DNA from: Dendrobates tinctorius
Taxonomy: Eukaryota
Length of the DNA: 64,000 nt
Assembly (NCBI RefSeq): GCF_039654945.1
Contig: NW_027361924.1
Span: 7,502,001 to 7,566,000, forward strand
Direction: 5' to 3'
The position numbers and the translations under genes were made by a program. The notes under the pieces were generated by a model that worked only from the letters and a program-made list of their open reading frames with translations, was not told the DNA's origin and did no database searches. The stretch's first letter is position 1, and the number at the start of each line of letters is the position of its first letter. Of this stretch, positions 1-21,874 are shown in pieces.

Positions 1-129
1 CTTACCTAATACTGCGTCACTGCAGCATAGTCTGTACAGGGACTGAAAAGTAATGGAAAAAAATAAAAGTATTGCAAAATAAAAAAAAAATTAAGACTAA
101 CCGTTTCCACTGCACGTCTACAGGCAGAA

Positions 130-430
130 CAGCCGCCTCTCACCGGCGGGGACCCTCTCCCGCTCTCCTGCTCAAAGTACCGAGTTTGGTCGGGTCACGT
201 GACTGCGTTCCAGCTCAGATTTGCGTTCCACAGGAATTTAATAAGCCTGAATTCTGATTGGTGTCTTTGTTGCTTGTTTAGAAAACTGACCAATCAAAGA
301 CGAAGTACGTCTAAACACCAGAGGTTGCACAGTGCGAGCAAAATTGTCCCCTTCTCGAAGGCCATTTTTGTTAAGACATTTACCTATTGTTTTACGGATT
401 ATGCGTTCTACGATAAAATGGCCGCAACTG
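130..430. promoter_or_regulatory. CpG-rich, probably bidirectional promoter upstream of STUB1
   Basis: Palindromic E-box/CLEAR motif GTCACGTGAC (~194-203), opposed CCAAT boxes (TGATTGG ~255, CCAATCA ~290) and a YY1-like AAAATGGCCGC (~415-425). Minus-strand splice-donor signatures (CTTACC at 1, CTCACC at ~138) suggest a divergent gene. Confidence 0.55.
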
Positions 431-809
431 TACAAAACAGTGTACTCGATGAGGACATGAACGTCAATGTTGTCAAATACGCTGTGTCAGTCGGAGGATG
501 CTCCGGAAGTTCCGGTTGGAGGTTGCTGTAGTAGGTTCCAGAGACTCTGGGGCTGTCCGGGTCGGAGCTGTGTCAGTGCTGGAGATCCTTCCCGGGAGGA
601 GTTATGTAGGGAAGCCTGAGGGGGTCAGGAAAAGCCGAATGCCGTGTGACGGAGGCCTGCGGGAGGTCAGGAGGGGCACATCCTTGCCGAATGTGACAGG
701 GGGCGCTGTAGGCAGCCAAGGCCCCTCCACATAGGGCCCTCCCCCTATTAGACAGTGTGAAGGGTGAGTTATAGGATCCCTATCTCTAATACACAGTCTA
801 CAGGTTCTC

Positions 810-1292
810 ATATAGTGCCCTCCCCTCTTATATACAGTGTATAGGGTGATATATAGTGCCCTCCCCTCTTATATACAGTGTATAGGGTGATATATAGTGC
901 CCTCCCCTCTTACATGCAGTGTATAGGGTGATATATAGTGCCCTCCCCTCTTATATACAGTGTATAGGGTGATATATAGTGCCCTCCCCTCTTATATACA
1001 GTGTATAGGGTGATATATAGTGCCCTCCCCTCTTATATACAGTGTATAGGGTGATATATAGTGCCCTCCCCTCTTATATACAGTGTATAGGGTGATATAT
1101 AGTGCCCTCCCCTCTTACATGCAGTGTATAGGGTGATATATAGTGCCCTCCCCTCTTATATACAGTGTATAGGGTGATATATAGTGCCCTCCCCTCTTAT
1201 ATACAGTGTATAGGGTGATATATAGTGTCCTCCCCTCTTATATACACTGTATAAGGTGCTGTGTAGTGCCCTCCCCTGTAATATACAGTGTA
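810..1292. repeat. 41-bp minisatellite, ~12 copies
   Basis: Unit ATATAGTGCCCTCCCCTCTTATATACAGTGTATAGGGTGAT. Confidence 0.95.
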
Positions 1293-1550
1293 TAGCTTGT
1301 ATTGACATCTGAGCCTTTGGGGTCTTCCTCTTCCCTCCCTGCTGTCTGGCTGTTATTATGAGGGTGTAAGGGGCCATCGCCCTCCTGTTATGGTGCCCGC
1401 GACTTCCTATTAACTGTCCCCTGGAGGAGAGCTTTTGACATCACATAAAAGGGGGTCCCCTCCAGATTTAGGGGTCCCATTTCCGCTGTGAAATTGGGGG
1501 TGGCACCAAGCGTCCCCAGGTTTGGAGGGGTGACCCCCGGAGGCCCTGGG

Positions 1551-11739
<10,189 letters not shown>

Positions 11740-12066
11740 TGGAGTACCCCCCCAGCGGTGGCGTATATTTGGAGGTGTCCAGCAGCGGTGGCGGAGCGAT
11801 GTAACGTGCCTGATTTGCCTTCATGCCTTACTTGTCCCGCTCACGCCCATCGCTGTCCACCCGTCGTAGATCACCAGCCTGCACCTCCTCTCCGGGGCGC
11901 TCTGGCCTCATCTCTCTTGTCACCGGGGCCGCTCTCGTCTCCTCGCTGCCGCTCACCAATGAATCCGAGAGAGAGATCAGACATGGATTTCTTCACAGCG
12001 CGAGGACTACGCCAATATGGCCGCCAGCATACCCAGTGTTATTACGCTTTGTGGATGAAAACGCGA

Positions 12067-12494
12067 CACTAGATGGCGCCACAGATCATTATTTACAGCC
12101 CAGTGGCGTCATGACAGGCATGCTGGAAATTATATTTCCACAACAGGCGGTCACTAGCCTGCTATAGACGGTGCCCCCGTCCCCCACTATAGCTCTCTTC
12201 CTTGTACATAGCTGATGTAAATAGGTTCCAGTGTCTGTGCGGCTGCAGGACCGTCCACCTTTATGTCCGGTGGGACACGCGGGGTCTGACGGGAGGGTCG
12301 GGGTAGTGTGTCGGCTTCTCCTGTGAATGCACAGTGCAAATATTAAAGCGGTTATGCGGTTGCTTTGCGGCTGGAGCGTCCCGTTGATTCTGGAGGTGGG
12401 GTGTCCTCGGAGGAGACAGACAGTATGGCCGCACATCCCTGCCTGCTGTCGCCACTGCCCGTACACAGAACTACGGGAGGGCGCCACCTGGTGG
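12067..12494. promoter_or_regulatory. Two CTCF-like motifs in convergent orientation between the STUB1 and JMJD8 stop codons
   Basis: CACTAGATGGCGCC on + at 12067-12080; CCACCAGGTGGCGC on - at 12481-12494. Confidence 0.5.
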
Positions 12495-12581
12495 TGATGC
12501 GCAGATCCCGACCTCTGGCTGCAGCAGTGATCCCTTTAAGCAATTGATGACCAGAACCTCATTCACTTCGGGACTTTTTTT

Positions 12582-12625
12582 TTTAATTCAGTTTTACTAC
12601 AGAAGAAAATTCCGTCATCAATAAA
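12582..12625. terminator. Opposed polyadenylation signals (JMJD8 ATTAAA on -, STUB1 AATAAA on +)
   Basis: TTTAAT at 12582-12587 and AATAAA at 12620-12625. An alternative STUB1 ATTAAA lies at 12342-12347. Confidence 0.5.
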
Positions 12626-12858
12626 AATCCTTAAACTTTAAAACCTGAAAACAGAAAAATCCAAACTAAAAAAAAGTGCAGAAGGTGTCCGCTACGAGCA
12701 GCCAGCATGTCAGTCAGGGGGGCCTCAGTGCTTCCCCCGCCGGTCAGCATGGAAGGGGACTCCACTGATGATGGCGCTCGTCGCAGTCTCGCAGTTGTCA
12801 GCCTGCGCTCTGAGGTCTCTCGTTGTTGTACAGCAGAACGGTGGTGATGGGGGAGTCT

Positions 12859-12939
12859 CTACCCCAGGAACGTGGAGATGAAGACGCTGGTGTCCAGGTT
12901 CAGGGTGGCGTGCCACCAGCGATCCGGGAAGTAGAGGAC
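12859..12939 (-). CDS. JMJD8: JMJD8 coding exon 9 (stop)
   Basis: VLYFPDRWWHATLNLDTSVFISTFLG then TAG. Confidence 0.97.
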   Translation of the reverse strand, partial: VLYFPDRWWHATLNLDTSVFISTFLG

Positions 12940-15900
12940 CTAAGAGAAGGACGGTAGCGGAGATCACCGGCCAAATACAAGACTCCGCTTCTAGAAGGTT
13001 CCTACAGATCCGTGTCCCCGAGGGTCTCTGCCTGTACTGCATTCCCCATCCCCTGCCAAAATCCATCCAATAATGCTCTTGCCACTTCTCACAATTATCC
13101 CGCTCGTTCTCTACGACCCCCCATACTGCCGTCATCCCGCTCGCTCTCTGACCCCACCATACTGCCGTCATCCCGCTCGCTCTCTATGACCCCACCATAC
13201 TGCCGTCATCCCGCTCGCTCTCTATGACCCCACCATACTGCCGTCATCCCGCTCGCTCTCTATGACCCCACCATACTGCCGTCATCCCGCTCGCTCTCTA
13301 TGACCCCACCATACTGCCGTCATCCAGCTCGCTCTCTATGACCCCACCATACTGCCGTCATGCCGCTCGCTCTCTTTGACTCCACCATACTGCCGTCTTC
13401 CCGCTCGCTCTCTATGACCCCACCATACTGCCGTCATGCCGCTCGCTCTCTATGACTCCACCATACTGCCGTCATCCCGCTCGCTCTCTATGACTCCACC
13501 ATACTGCCGTCATCCCGCTCGCTCTCTGACCCCACCATACTGCCGTCATCCCGCTCGCTCTCTATGACCCCACCATACTGCCGTCATCCAGCTCGCTCTC
13601 TATGACCCCACCATACTGCCGTCATGCCGCTCGCTCTCTATGACTCCACCATTCTGCCGTCATCCCGCTCGCTCTCTATGACCCCCCCATACTGCCATCA
13701 TCCCGCTCGCTCTCTATGTGCCCCACCATACTGCCGTCATCCAGCTCGCTCTCTATGACTCCACCATACTGCCGTCATCCAGCTCGCTCTCTATGACCCC
13801 ACCATACTGCCGTCATGCCGCTCGCTCTCTATGACTCCACCATACTGCCGTCATCCCGCTCGCTCTCTGACTCCCCCATACTGCCGTCATCCCGCTCGCT
13901 CTCTATGACCCCACCATACTGCCGTCATCCAGCTCGCTCTCTATGACTCCCCCATACTGCCGTCTTCCCACTCGCTCTCTATGACCCCACCATACTGCCG
14001 TCATCCAGCTCGCTCTCTATGACTCCACCATACTGCCGTCATGCCGCTCGCTCTCTATGACCCCACCATACTGCCGTCATGCCGCTCGCTCTCTGACTCC
14101 ACCATACTGCCGTCATCCCGCTCGCTCTCTATGACCCCCCCCATACTGCCGTCATCCAGCTCGCTCTCTATGACTCCACCATACTGCCGTCATGCCGCTC
14201 GCTCTCTATGACTCCACCATACTGCCGTCATCCCGCTCGCTCTCTATGACCCCACCATACTGCCGTCATCCAGCTCGCTCTCTATGACTCCACCATACTG
14301 CCGTCATGCCGCTCGCTCTCTATGACTCCACCATACTGCCGTCATACCGCTCGCTCTCTATGACCCCCCCATACTGCCGTCATCCCGCTCGCTCTCTATG
14401 ACTCCACCATAATGCTGTCATCCCCCTCACTCTCTGAGCCCCCCAGATTCTGCCATCAACCTGTTCGCTCTGTCATCCCGCTCATCTACGACCCCTCCAG
14501 CTTGCCGTCATCCCACATCACACCCATCCTGCCGTCATCCAGCTCACTCTTTACAACCTTCCCCATCCTGTCATCCCGCTGGCTCTCTACATCCCCCATC
14601 TTGCCGTTATCCCTCTCTACATCCCACCCATCCTGTCATCATCCCGCTCGCCCCCCATCCAGACACTATGTCGCCTCCTCTTGCTCTCTCCTCCACCCTT
14701 TGCCCTCCGGTCCTCACCTCTCCGGGTCGGATCGTACACTCTATAGGACGTTCTGCTGCCGGTAGTAGCGGGTACGTCTCCAGAATCCAGGACAGTGTGG
14801 TCCTGTTGGGGTTAAATTCGGGGGTCTTGTCGGGTGGGTAAAGGAACCAGCGCTGGGAGAAAGAAGGACTGTAAATAATCTGGTAGTAAGACATAAGCGG
14901 AGCGGCTCCCAGTGTGGGGGGCACTCACCTTCCTGCCGTATATCACCTCGGAGTAGCCCGGCCCGTGCCAGTGGAAGGGAACGCCGGTGCCCGAACCTGT
15001 GGAGGAGCGGAGAGCTGGGGGTCATTTATTTGTGCACAGCACATGGGTGCCACCACTTCCCGGGAGTCTCCCTCCCGCCAGCATTTGTAGAGACCCCTAG
15101 ATTTGCAATTTTTCGGTGCCATTTTTATCATGTCACTTACCAGCTATCCCAAAGCTGTAGGCCCCGGTCGTGCCCGGAAGGGTGAATGGAGGAGGGGAGT
15201 ATTTCTGAAACAGAGACCCCCATTCTGTGAAGTTATTATCACCAAAGAAATACAAAGTATCTGCAGGTGAAATGAGGATTTGTTAGTAGTGACTGGGGGT
15301 CCTGCACGTGTCCCTAATACCCTACAGCCGTCACGTCACCGGTATGTGTATAACTCACCCACTCCCAGAGAGTCCAGGTCCTGGGGGCCTAGGAGGTGAG
15401 AGACGTAATCCTGGAAAGGGACGTCCACTGGGGAGAAGGGAGGCCGGCGTTATACATACGAGACCCCCAAGGAGGCTGGGACACGATCATGCGGCCTCCT
15501 CCAGTGTATCCTATATTATACCTGGTCGTGTACACTGCGGCCCCCTCCTCTATTATACCCTGGTCCTGTACACTGCGGCCCCCTCCTCTAATATACCCCA
15601 GTCCTGTACACTACGGCCCCCTCCACTATTATACCCCGTCCTGTACGCTGCGGCCCTCTCCTCTATTATACCCGGTCCTGTACGCTGCGGCCCTCTCCTC
15701 TATTATACCCGGTCCTGTACGCTGCAGCCCTCTCCTGTTATACCCCGTCCTGTACGCTGCAGCCCCCTCCTCTATTATACCCTGGTCCTGTACACTGCAG
15801 CCCCCTCCTCTAATGTACCCCAGTCCTGTACACTGCAGCCCTCTATTATACCCGGTCCTGTACACTGCGGCCCCCTCCTCTATTATACCCTGGTCCTGTA

Positions 15901-18900
15901 CACTGCAGCCCCCTCCTCTAATGTACCCCAGTCCTGTACACTGCGGCCCCCTCCTCTATTATACCCGGTCCTGTACGCTGCGGCCCTCTCCTCTATTATA
16001 CCCGGTCCTGTACGCTGCGGCCCTCTCCTCTATTATACCCGGTCCTGTACGCTGCAGCCCTCTCCTGTTATACCCCGTCCTGTACACTGCAGCCCCCTCC
16101 TCTAATGTACCCCAGTCCTGTACACTGCGGCCCCCTCCTCTATTATACCCCGTCCTGTACGCTGCGACCCTCTCCTCTATTATACCCCGTCCTGTATGCT
16201 GCGGCCCTCTCCTCTATTATACCCGGTCCTGTACGCTGCAGCCCTCTCCTGTTATACCCCGTCCTGTACACTGCAGCCCCCTCCTCTAATGTACCCCAGT
16301 CCTGTACACTGCGGCCCCCTCCTCTATTATACCCCGTCCTGTACGCTGCGACCCTCTCCTCTATTATACCCGGTCCTGTACGCTGCGGCCCTCTCCTCTA
16401 TTATACCCGGTCCTGTACGCTGCAGCCCTCTCCTGTTATACCCCGTCCTGTACACTGCAGCCCCCTCCTCTAATGTACCCCAGTCCTGTACGCTGCGGCC
16501 CTCTCCACTATTATACCCCATCCTGTACGCTGCGGCCCTCTCCTCTATTATACCCGGTCCTGTACGCTGCGGCCCTCTCCTCTATTATACCCGGTCCTGT
16601 ACGCTGCGGCCCTCTCCTCTATTATACCCCCGGTCCTGTACGCTGCAGCCCTCTCCTCTATTATACCCCATCCTGTACGCTGCAGCCCCCTCCTCTATTA
16701 TACCCCGTCCTGTATGCTGCGGCCCCCTCCTCTATCATACCCTGGTCCTGTACGCTGCGGCCCCCTCCTCTATTATACCCTGGTCCTGTACCCTGCGGCC
16801 CCCTTCTCTATTATACCTGGTCCTGTACCCTGCGGCCCCCTTCTCTATTATACCTGGTCCTGTAAGCTGCAGCCCTCTCCTCTATTATACCCCGGTCCTC
16901 TACACTGCAGCCTCCTCTATTATACCCCGGTCCTGTACCCTGCGGTCCCCTCCTCTATTATGCCCCAGTCTGTATGCTGCGGCCCCCTCCTCTATTATAC
17001 CCCGATCCTGTACCCTGCGATCCCCTCCTCCATTATACCCTGGTCCTGTATTGTGTGGTCCCCTCCTCCCCCTTATATTATAATGTTACTGGTCTCACCT
17101 GTGATTAGTATCTCACCTTTCTCGTAGGAATACGTGTTTGCGGTGCTCAGTCGGACGCTGCGATCTCCATACGTCCGGAGCAGTTGCTCTTTCCTGCACA
17201 GTGACCGGAACTCCTGACATAAACGACAACATGTGAGATCCGCACAACAAGAGTCCTGTGTGGGAGGGACAGGAACCAAAGACACACTCACCGAATTGTC
17301 TGTGATTCCCTCGATAATGAGCGGCCTCTTGTATGCATACCTGTCAAGAAGAAGATCAGGGGGCTCAGTGCGTGTGCTGCGGGGAGCAGCGGGCTCGGGC
17401 ATGTGCAACGGGCGTGCAGCAGGAGCTCAGTACATGTGCTGCGGGGGGGGGGAGCACGGGGGCTCGGGGCATGTGCTGCGGGGGAGCAGGGGGCTCGGTC
17501 CATGTGCTGCATGGGAGCAGGGGGCTCGGTCCATGTGCTGTGGAGGTGCAGGGGCCTCGGGGGACATGTGCTGCGGGGGGGGGGGGGGGGAGAAGGCTCG
17601 GGGGACATGTGCTGCGGGGGGGGGGGGGGGGGGAGAAGGCTCGGGGGCATGTGCTGCGGGGGGCTCAGTCCATGTGCTGTGGAGGTGCAGGGGGCTTGGT
17701 GCACGTTGTGGGGGTGCCGGTGGCTCTTTACACATGCAACAGAGGTGATGGAGACATAGCGGGGAGCACACCTGTGATCACTCACCGCTCAATGAATTCT
17801 GAGTAGGTGATAGAGGCGTCTCTCCTCTCCACCGTGCAGCGCTCCTCCTCTTGGACCGGGGAGTAATTGTTCCTTTGCCTGGAGACAAAAATAAGAGGAC
17901 GTCATGTTTCCTGCAGAAGCCCGGACCTGAAGGTGGAGCATGCACTCTGCTGCCCCATAGATAAGGAATGGCGCGTCGGTGGAGCGTGCACACTGCTGCC
18001 CCATAGATAAGGAATGGCGCGTCGGTGGAGCGTGCACACTGCTGCCTCATGGATAAGGAATGGCGCGTCGGTGGAGCGTGCACACTGCTGCCCCATAGAT
18101 AAGGAATGGCGCGTCGGAGCGTGCACACTGCTGCCCCATAGATAAGGAATGGCGCGTCGGAGCGTGCACACTGCTGCCCCATAGATAAGGAATGGCGCGT
18201 CGGTGGAGCGTGCACACTGCTGCCCCATAGATAAGGAATGGCGCGTCGGTGGAGCGTGCACACTGCTGCCCCATAGATAAGGAATGGCGCGTCGGTGGAG
18301 CGTGCACACTGCTGCCCCATAGATAAGGAATGGCGCGTCGGTGGAGCGTGCACACTGCTGCCCCATAGATAAGGAATGGCGCGTCGGTGGAGCGTGCACA
18401 CTGCTGCCCCATAGATAAGGAATGGCGCGTCAGTGGAGCGTGCACACTGCTGCCCCATAGATAAGGAATGGAGCGTCGAAGCGTGCACACTGCTGCCCCA
18501 TAGATAAGGAATGGAGCGTCGGAGCGTGCACACTGCTGCCCCATAGATAGGGAATGACGCGTCGGTGGAGCGTGCACACTGCTGCCCCATAGATAAGGAA
18601 TGGCGCGTCGGTGGAGCGTGCACACTAGGGTGACCGGATCTCATATGGGGGGGAAAAAATGTTGGAATCTTGTCCGTCTGGACCCCACAAAACGATTCCC
18701 CTTTCCAGATATTGAGAGAGCCAAAATTTGAGCTCGATCAAACGACGTTAACCCGTGCCGCTCGTCGCTCAAAGTTTGAAAAAATCCAAATTGAGGTATT
18801 TTAAGATTTAGGTATTTTGCATAGTCTGTTAGACTATAAAGAATGTGACAACAACATTGCAGAAATAGCCCTGACCAAATTTTCGAACCATTTGTGGTAT

Positions 18901-20359
18901 TTGAATGCAGAGTTGGTGGGATTATCGTTTTTTGATCCCACCATTACAGACAATGAAAAGTTGTTAATGGCTAATAAATTGCTCAGTAGCACAGATGAAC
19001 CATCAGAGCACGCTAACCTACATGAGTTGATAATTTTACATAGTTATCTAATCTATTCTAGAGCTTTTGTTAAAGTAGTTTTTGAAACGTCAGAATATAA
19101 TGCTCGGCATTTGCTTACAACTTGCAGGACATATTGCTTTTGTTCTTCATCTTTTGTCAGAAGGTCGTTAAAGTCGGCTACTTCCTACCTCTTTTAATTT
19201 TTCTTTCCTAACTTTTGGCTTTACAACCCTAGCGTGCTCTGATGGTTCATCTGTGCTACTGAGCAATTTATTAGCCATTAACAACTTTTCATTGTCTGTA
19301 ATGGTGGGATCAAAAAACGATAATCCCACCAACTCTGCATTCAAATACCAAAAATGGTTCGAAAATTTGGTCAGGGCTATTTCTGCAATGTTGTTGTCAC
19401 ATTCTTTATAGTCTAACAGACTATGCAAAATACCTAAATCTTAAAAAACCTCAATTTGGATTTTTTCAAACTTTGAGCGACGAGCGGCACGGGTTAACGT
19501 CATTTGATCGCGCTCAAATTTTGGCTATCTCAATATCTGGAAAGGGGAATCATTTTGTGGGGTCCAGACGGACAAAATTCCAACATCGATTTTTTGCGGT
19601 CACCCTAGTGCACACTGCTGCCCCATAGATAAGGAATGGCGCGTCGGTGGAGCGTGCACACTGCTGCCCCATAGATAAGGAATGGCGCGTCGGTGGAGCG
19701 TGCACACTGCTGCCCCATAGATAAGGAATGGCGCGTCGGTGGAGCGTGCACACTGCTGCCCCATAGATAAGGAATGGCGCGTCGGTGGAGCGTGCACACT
19801 GCTGCCCCATAGATAAGGAATGGCGCGTCGGTGGAGCGTGCACACTGCTGCCCCATAGATAAGGAATGGCGCGTCGGTGGAGCGTGCACACTGCTGCCCC
19901 GTTTTGCCAATCACTGCGGTTCCCGGCGGTCAGACCACCACAGATCTATAACTGTCACCTATCCTCTGGATTAGTGACAGCCACTTTGTGTGACACATTA
20001 GACTCTGGTCTGGTCCTTCCACAGTCCGGGAGCGGGCTCCAGCCGACCCTTCTGTTATTTGTCCAGGCCACAATTCGATGCCGGATTCATGGAGCATTGG
20101 ATGTCTGCTGCTGGCGAATGTGCTTTATTAATTCTCCACAGATGTTGGGATGCTGGGAGTTGTAGTTGAACAGCTTTTCCAGGCTGTGTATGTACAGTGA
20201 GGCGATGACATCATAGATCGTGATGACATCAGTCACGCTGTCGGCCATGACTAGGACCCACCATCCGCCGCTGTCACACGCTGTGTAGTCGCTCCGCTCC
20301 TCCGGTGACAGCGCTACGATGACTTGGAGCAGGAGGTAAAGGAGGGCGAGAGAAGCCAT
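12859..20359 (-). CDS. JMJD8: JmjC domain-containing protein 8, 9 coding exons, 269 aa, with N-terminal signal peptide
   Basis: Exons 20359-20262, 17878-17786, 17340-17292, 17213-17117, 15427-15359, 15260-15141, 14996-14929, 14852-14718, 12939-12859. All GT-AG with consistent phases (810 nt). Peptides VRLSTANTYSY, TLYFFGDNNFTEW, GVPFHWHGPGYSEVIYGRKRWFLYPP, VLYFPDRWWHATLNLDTSVFISTFLG. Tail-to-tail with STUB1 as in mammals. Confidence 0.97.
13110..14420. repeat. 38-bp minisatellite, ~34 copies, in the last JMJD8 intron; degenerate tail to ~14660
   Basis: Unit GACCCCACCATACTGCCGTCATCCCGCTCGCTCTCTAT. Confidence 0.95.
14718..14852 (-). CDS. JMJD8: JMJD8 coding exon 8
   Basis: RWFLYPPDKTPEFNPNRTTLSWILETYPLLPAAERPIECTIRPGE. 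Confidence 0.97.
14929..14996 (-). CDS. JMJD8: JMJD8 coding exon 7
   Basis: GSGTGVPFHWHGPGYSEVIYGRK. Confidence 0.97.
15141..15260 (-). CDS. JMJD8: JMJD8 coding exon 6
   Basis: DTLYFFGDNNFTEWGSLFQKYSPPPFTLPGTTGAYSFGIA. Confidence 0.97.
15359..15427 (-). CDS. JMJD8: JMJD8 coding exon 5
   Basis: VDVPFQDYVSHLLGPQDLDSLGV. Confidence 0.94.
15510..17070. repeat. ~37-bp minisatellite, ~42 copies, in a JMJD8 intron
   Basis: Unit CTATTATACCCGGTCCTGTACGCTGCGGCCCTCTCCT. Confidence 0.95.
17117..17213 (-). CDS. JMJD8: JMJD8 coding exon 4
   Basis: EFRSLCRKEQLLRTYGDRSVRLSTANTYSYEK. Confidence 0.96.
17292..17340 (-). CDS. JMJD8: JMJD8 coding exon 3
   Basis: YAYKRPLIIEGITDNS. Confidence 0.95.
17360..17720. 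repeat. Degenerate G-rich tandem repeat in a JMJD8 intron
   Basis: Recurring CATGTGCTGCGGGG...GGCTCGGGG with poly-G runs. Confidence 0.8.
17786..17878 (-). CDS. JMJD8: JMJD8 coding exon 2
   Basis: QRNNYSPVQEEERCTVERRDASITYSEFIE. Confidence 0.93.
17932..19900. repeat. 46-bp minisatellite split by a hAT insertion
   Basis: Unit GGTGGAGCGTGCACACTGCTGCCCCATAGATAAGGAATGGCGCGTC at 17932-18625 and 19608-19900. Confidence 0.95.
18626..19607. mobile_element. Non-autonomous fold-back hAT (hATm-like) DNA transposon
   Basis: Termini TAGGGTGACCG...CGGTCACCCTA and a perfect 8-bp TSD GTGCACAC. Inverted arms of ~390 bp each encode a transposase fragment (KFSNH(L/F)WYLNAELVGLSFFD). The spacer encodes the C-terminus LTKDEEQKQYVLQVV on the - strand. 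Confidence 0.88.
20262..20359 (-). CDS. JMJD8: JMJD8 coding exon 1
   Basis: MASLALLYLLLQVIVALSPEERSDYTACDSGG; GTGGGT donor. A polypyrimidine-CAG acceptor at 20409-20410 implies an upstream non-coding exon. Confidence 0.85.
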
Positions 20360-20464
20360 GTGGCCCTGGGGCCCCGCAGCACAGACGGCTTCACCTCTAA
20401 GCCCAGACCTGCAGCGGAAGGAGGAGAGGGACAGATACAACGGGGTATAAGCTCCAGTGCGTAA

Positions 20465-21060
20465 TACACATTCTATACAGAGCGCCAATATCACGATATA
20501 CATTCTATACAGAGCGCCAATATCACGATATACATTCTATACAGAGCGCCAATATCACGATATACATTCTATACAGAGCGCCAATATCACGATATACATT
20601 ATATACAGTATAGAGCGCCAATATCACGATATACATTCTATACAGAGCGCCAATATCACGATATACATTATATACAGTATAGAGCGCCAATATCACGATA
20701 TACATTCTATACAGAGCGCCAATATCACGATATACATTATATACAGTATAGAGCGCCAATATCACGATATACATTATATACAGAGCGCCAATATCACGAT
20801 ATACATTATATACAGAGCACCAATATCACGATATACATTATATACAGAGCGCCAATATCACGATATACATTATATACAGTATAGAGCGCCAATATCACGA
20901 TATACATTATATACAGAGCGCTAATATCACGATATACATTATATACAGAGCGCCAATATCACGATATACATTATATACAGTATAGAGCGCCAATATCACG
21001 ATATACATTATACAGAACGCCAATATCGTGAAATATATTGAGTGCCAATATCGCGATATA
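20465..21060. repeat. 32/39-bp minisatellite
   Basis: Unit ATACATTCTATACAGAGCGCCAATATCACGAT, with or without an extra 7 nt. Confidence 0.93.
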
Positions 21061-21364
21061 CACACTGTATGAATAAAGTTTATTGATAGACAACATAAGG
21101 CTGTACCAAGTACTGGATTGGCCTGTTGCCCATGGTAACCAATCAGCTTCCGTTCTTCATTGTAGAAGCTGGAATCTAATTGGTTAGTGTAAACAATAAG
21201 CCCATTGGAAGACAGCTATGTGCGAATTACTTTACCAATCAGAATCCAGTTTTTATGGCGGGTTATTGAAAGCAGCGATCTGATTGGTGAATATATGGCA
21301 CTGTCAATAAACTTTATTTACAAAGACAGGAATCGTTCCCATGTTGCGCTCCATACATCTGGGC

Positions 21365-21810
21365 ACGCTGGGAGCTGTAGTTTCACTACTCCATAATCCA
21401 GCAGCGTTCTCTCCGCCCATGCACATAGTGTGACAGACCTGACTGCCGGCTCTGGGGCTCTCCGTGTACGGGAACTGATGATGTGTTACAAAGAAAGCAC
21501 ATGAAATCTCCGCCCGGCCACTCACTGCCGTCCACACGTCCGTAGCCGCACTGCACTCTGGGAGGTGTAGTTCCTAATCGTGACATAGTACGAATCACAG
21601 AGCGAGAGAACTACATTACCCGACATGCAAAGCTGCTCTATGAAACGAAAAAAAAAGATTAACTCCTTCACCGCTGTCATTGGTCATTAGTGCGGAACCA
21701 AAGCGGAGACAAACACCTGCCAAGACTACTGGCAGGAACCAGCCAATCAGATTGCAGCTCTCATTTTGGCACAGCAGAGTCTGGGACGGAAGAAGCGATC
21801 TGATTGGTTG
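21365..21810 (-). promoter_or_regulatory. Probable JMJD8 promoter and non-coding first exon
   Basis: Minus-strand GTGAGT donor at 21520-21525. ZNF143/Staf-like ACTACAnnTCCCA motifs at ~21369-21383, ~21558-21572 and ~21610-21628. CCAAT boxes at ~21743 and ~21801. Confidence 0.55.
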
Positions 21811-21874
21811 TTAACATCATGTTAGAGATTTAAGCTAGGATTCCTTTGGTTGCTAGGGGCGATGGCCTCACTAG

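Noticed and set aside
14929-14996. HWH instead of HxD/E in the JmjC metal-binding motif as a novelty
   Set aside because: This is the normal JMJD8 sequence.
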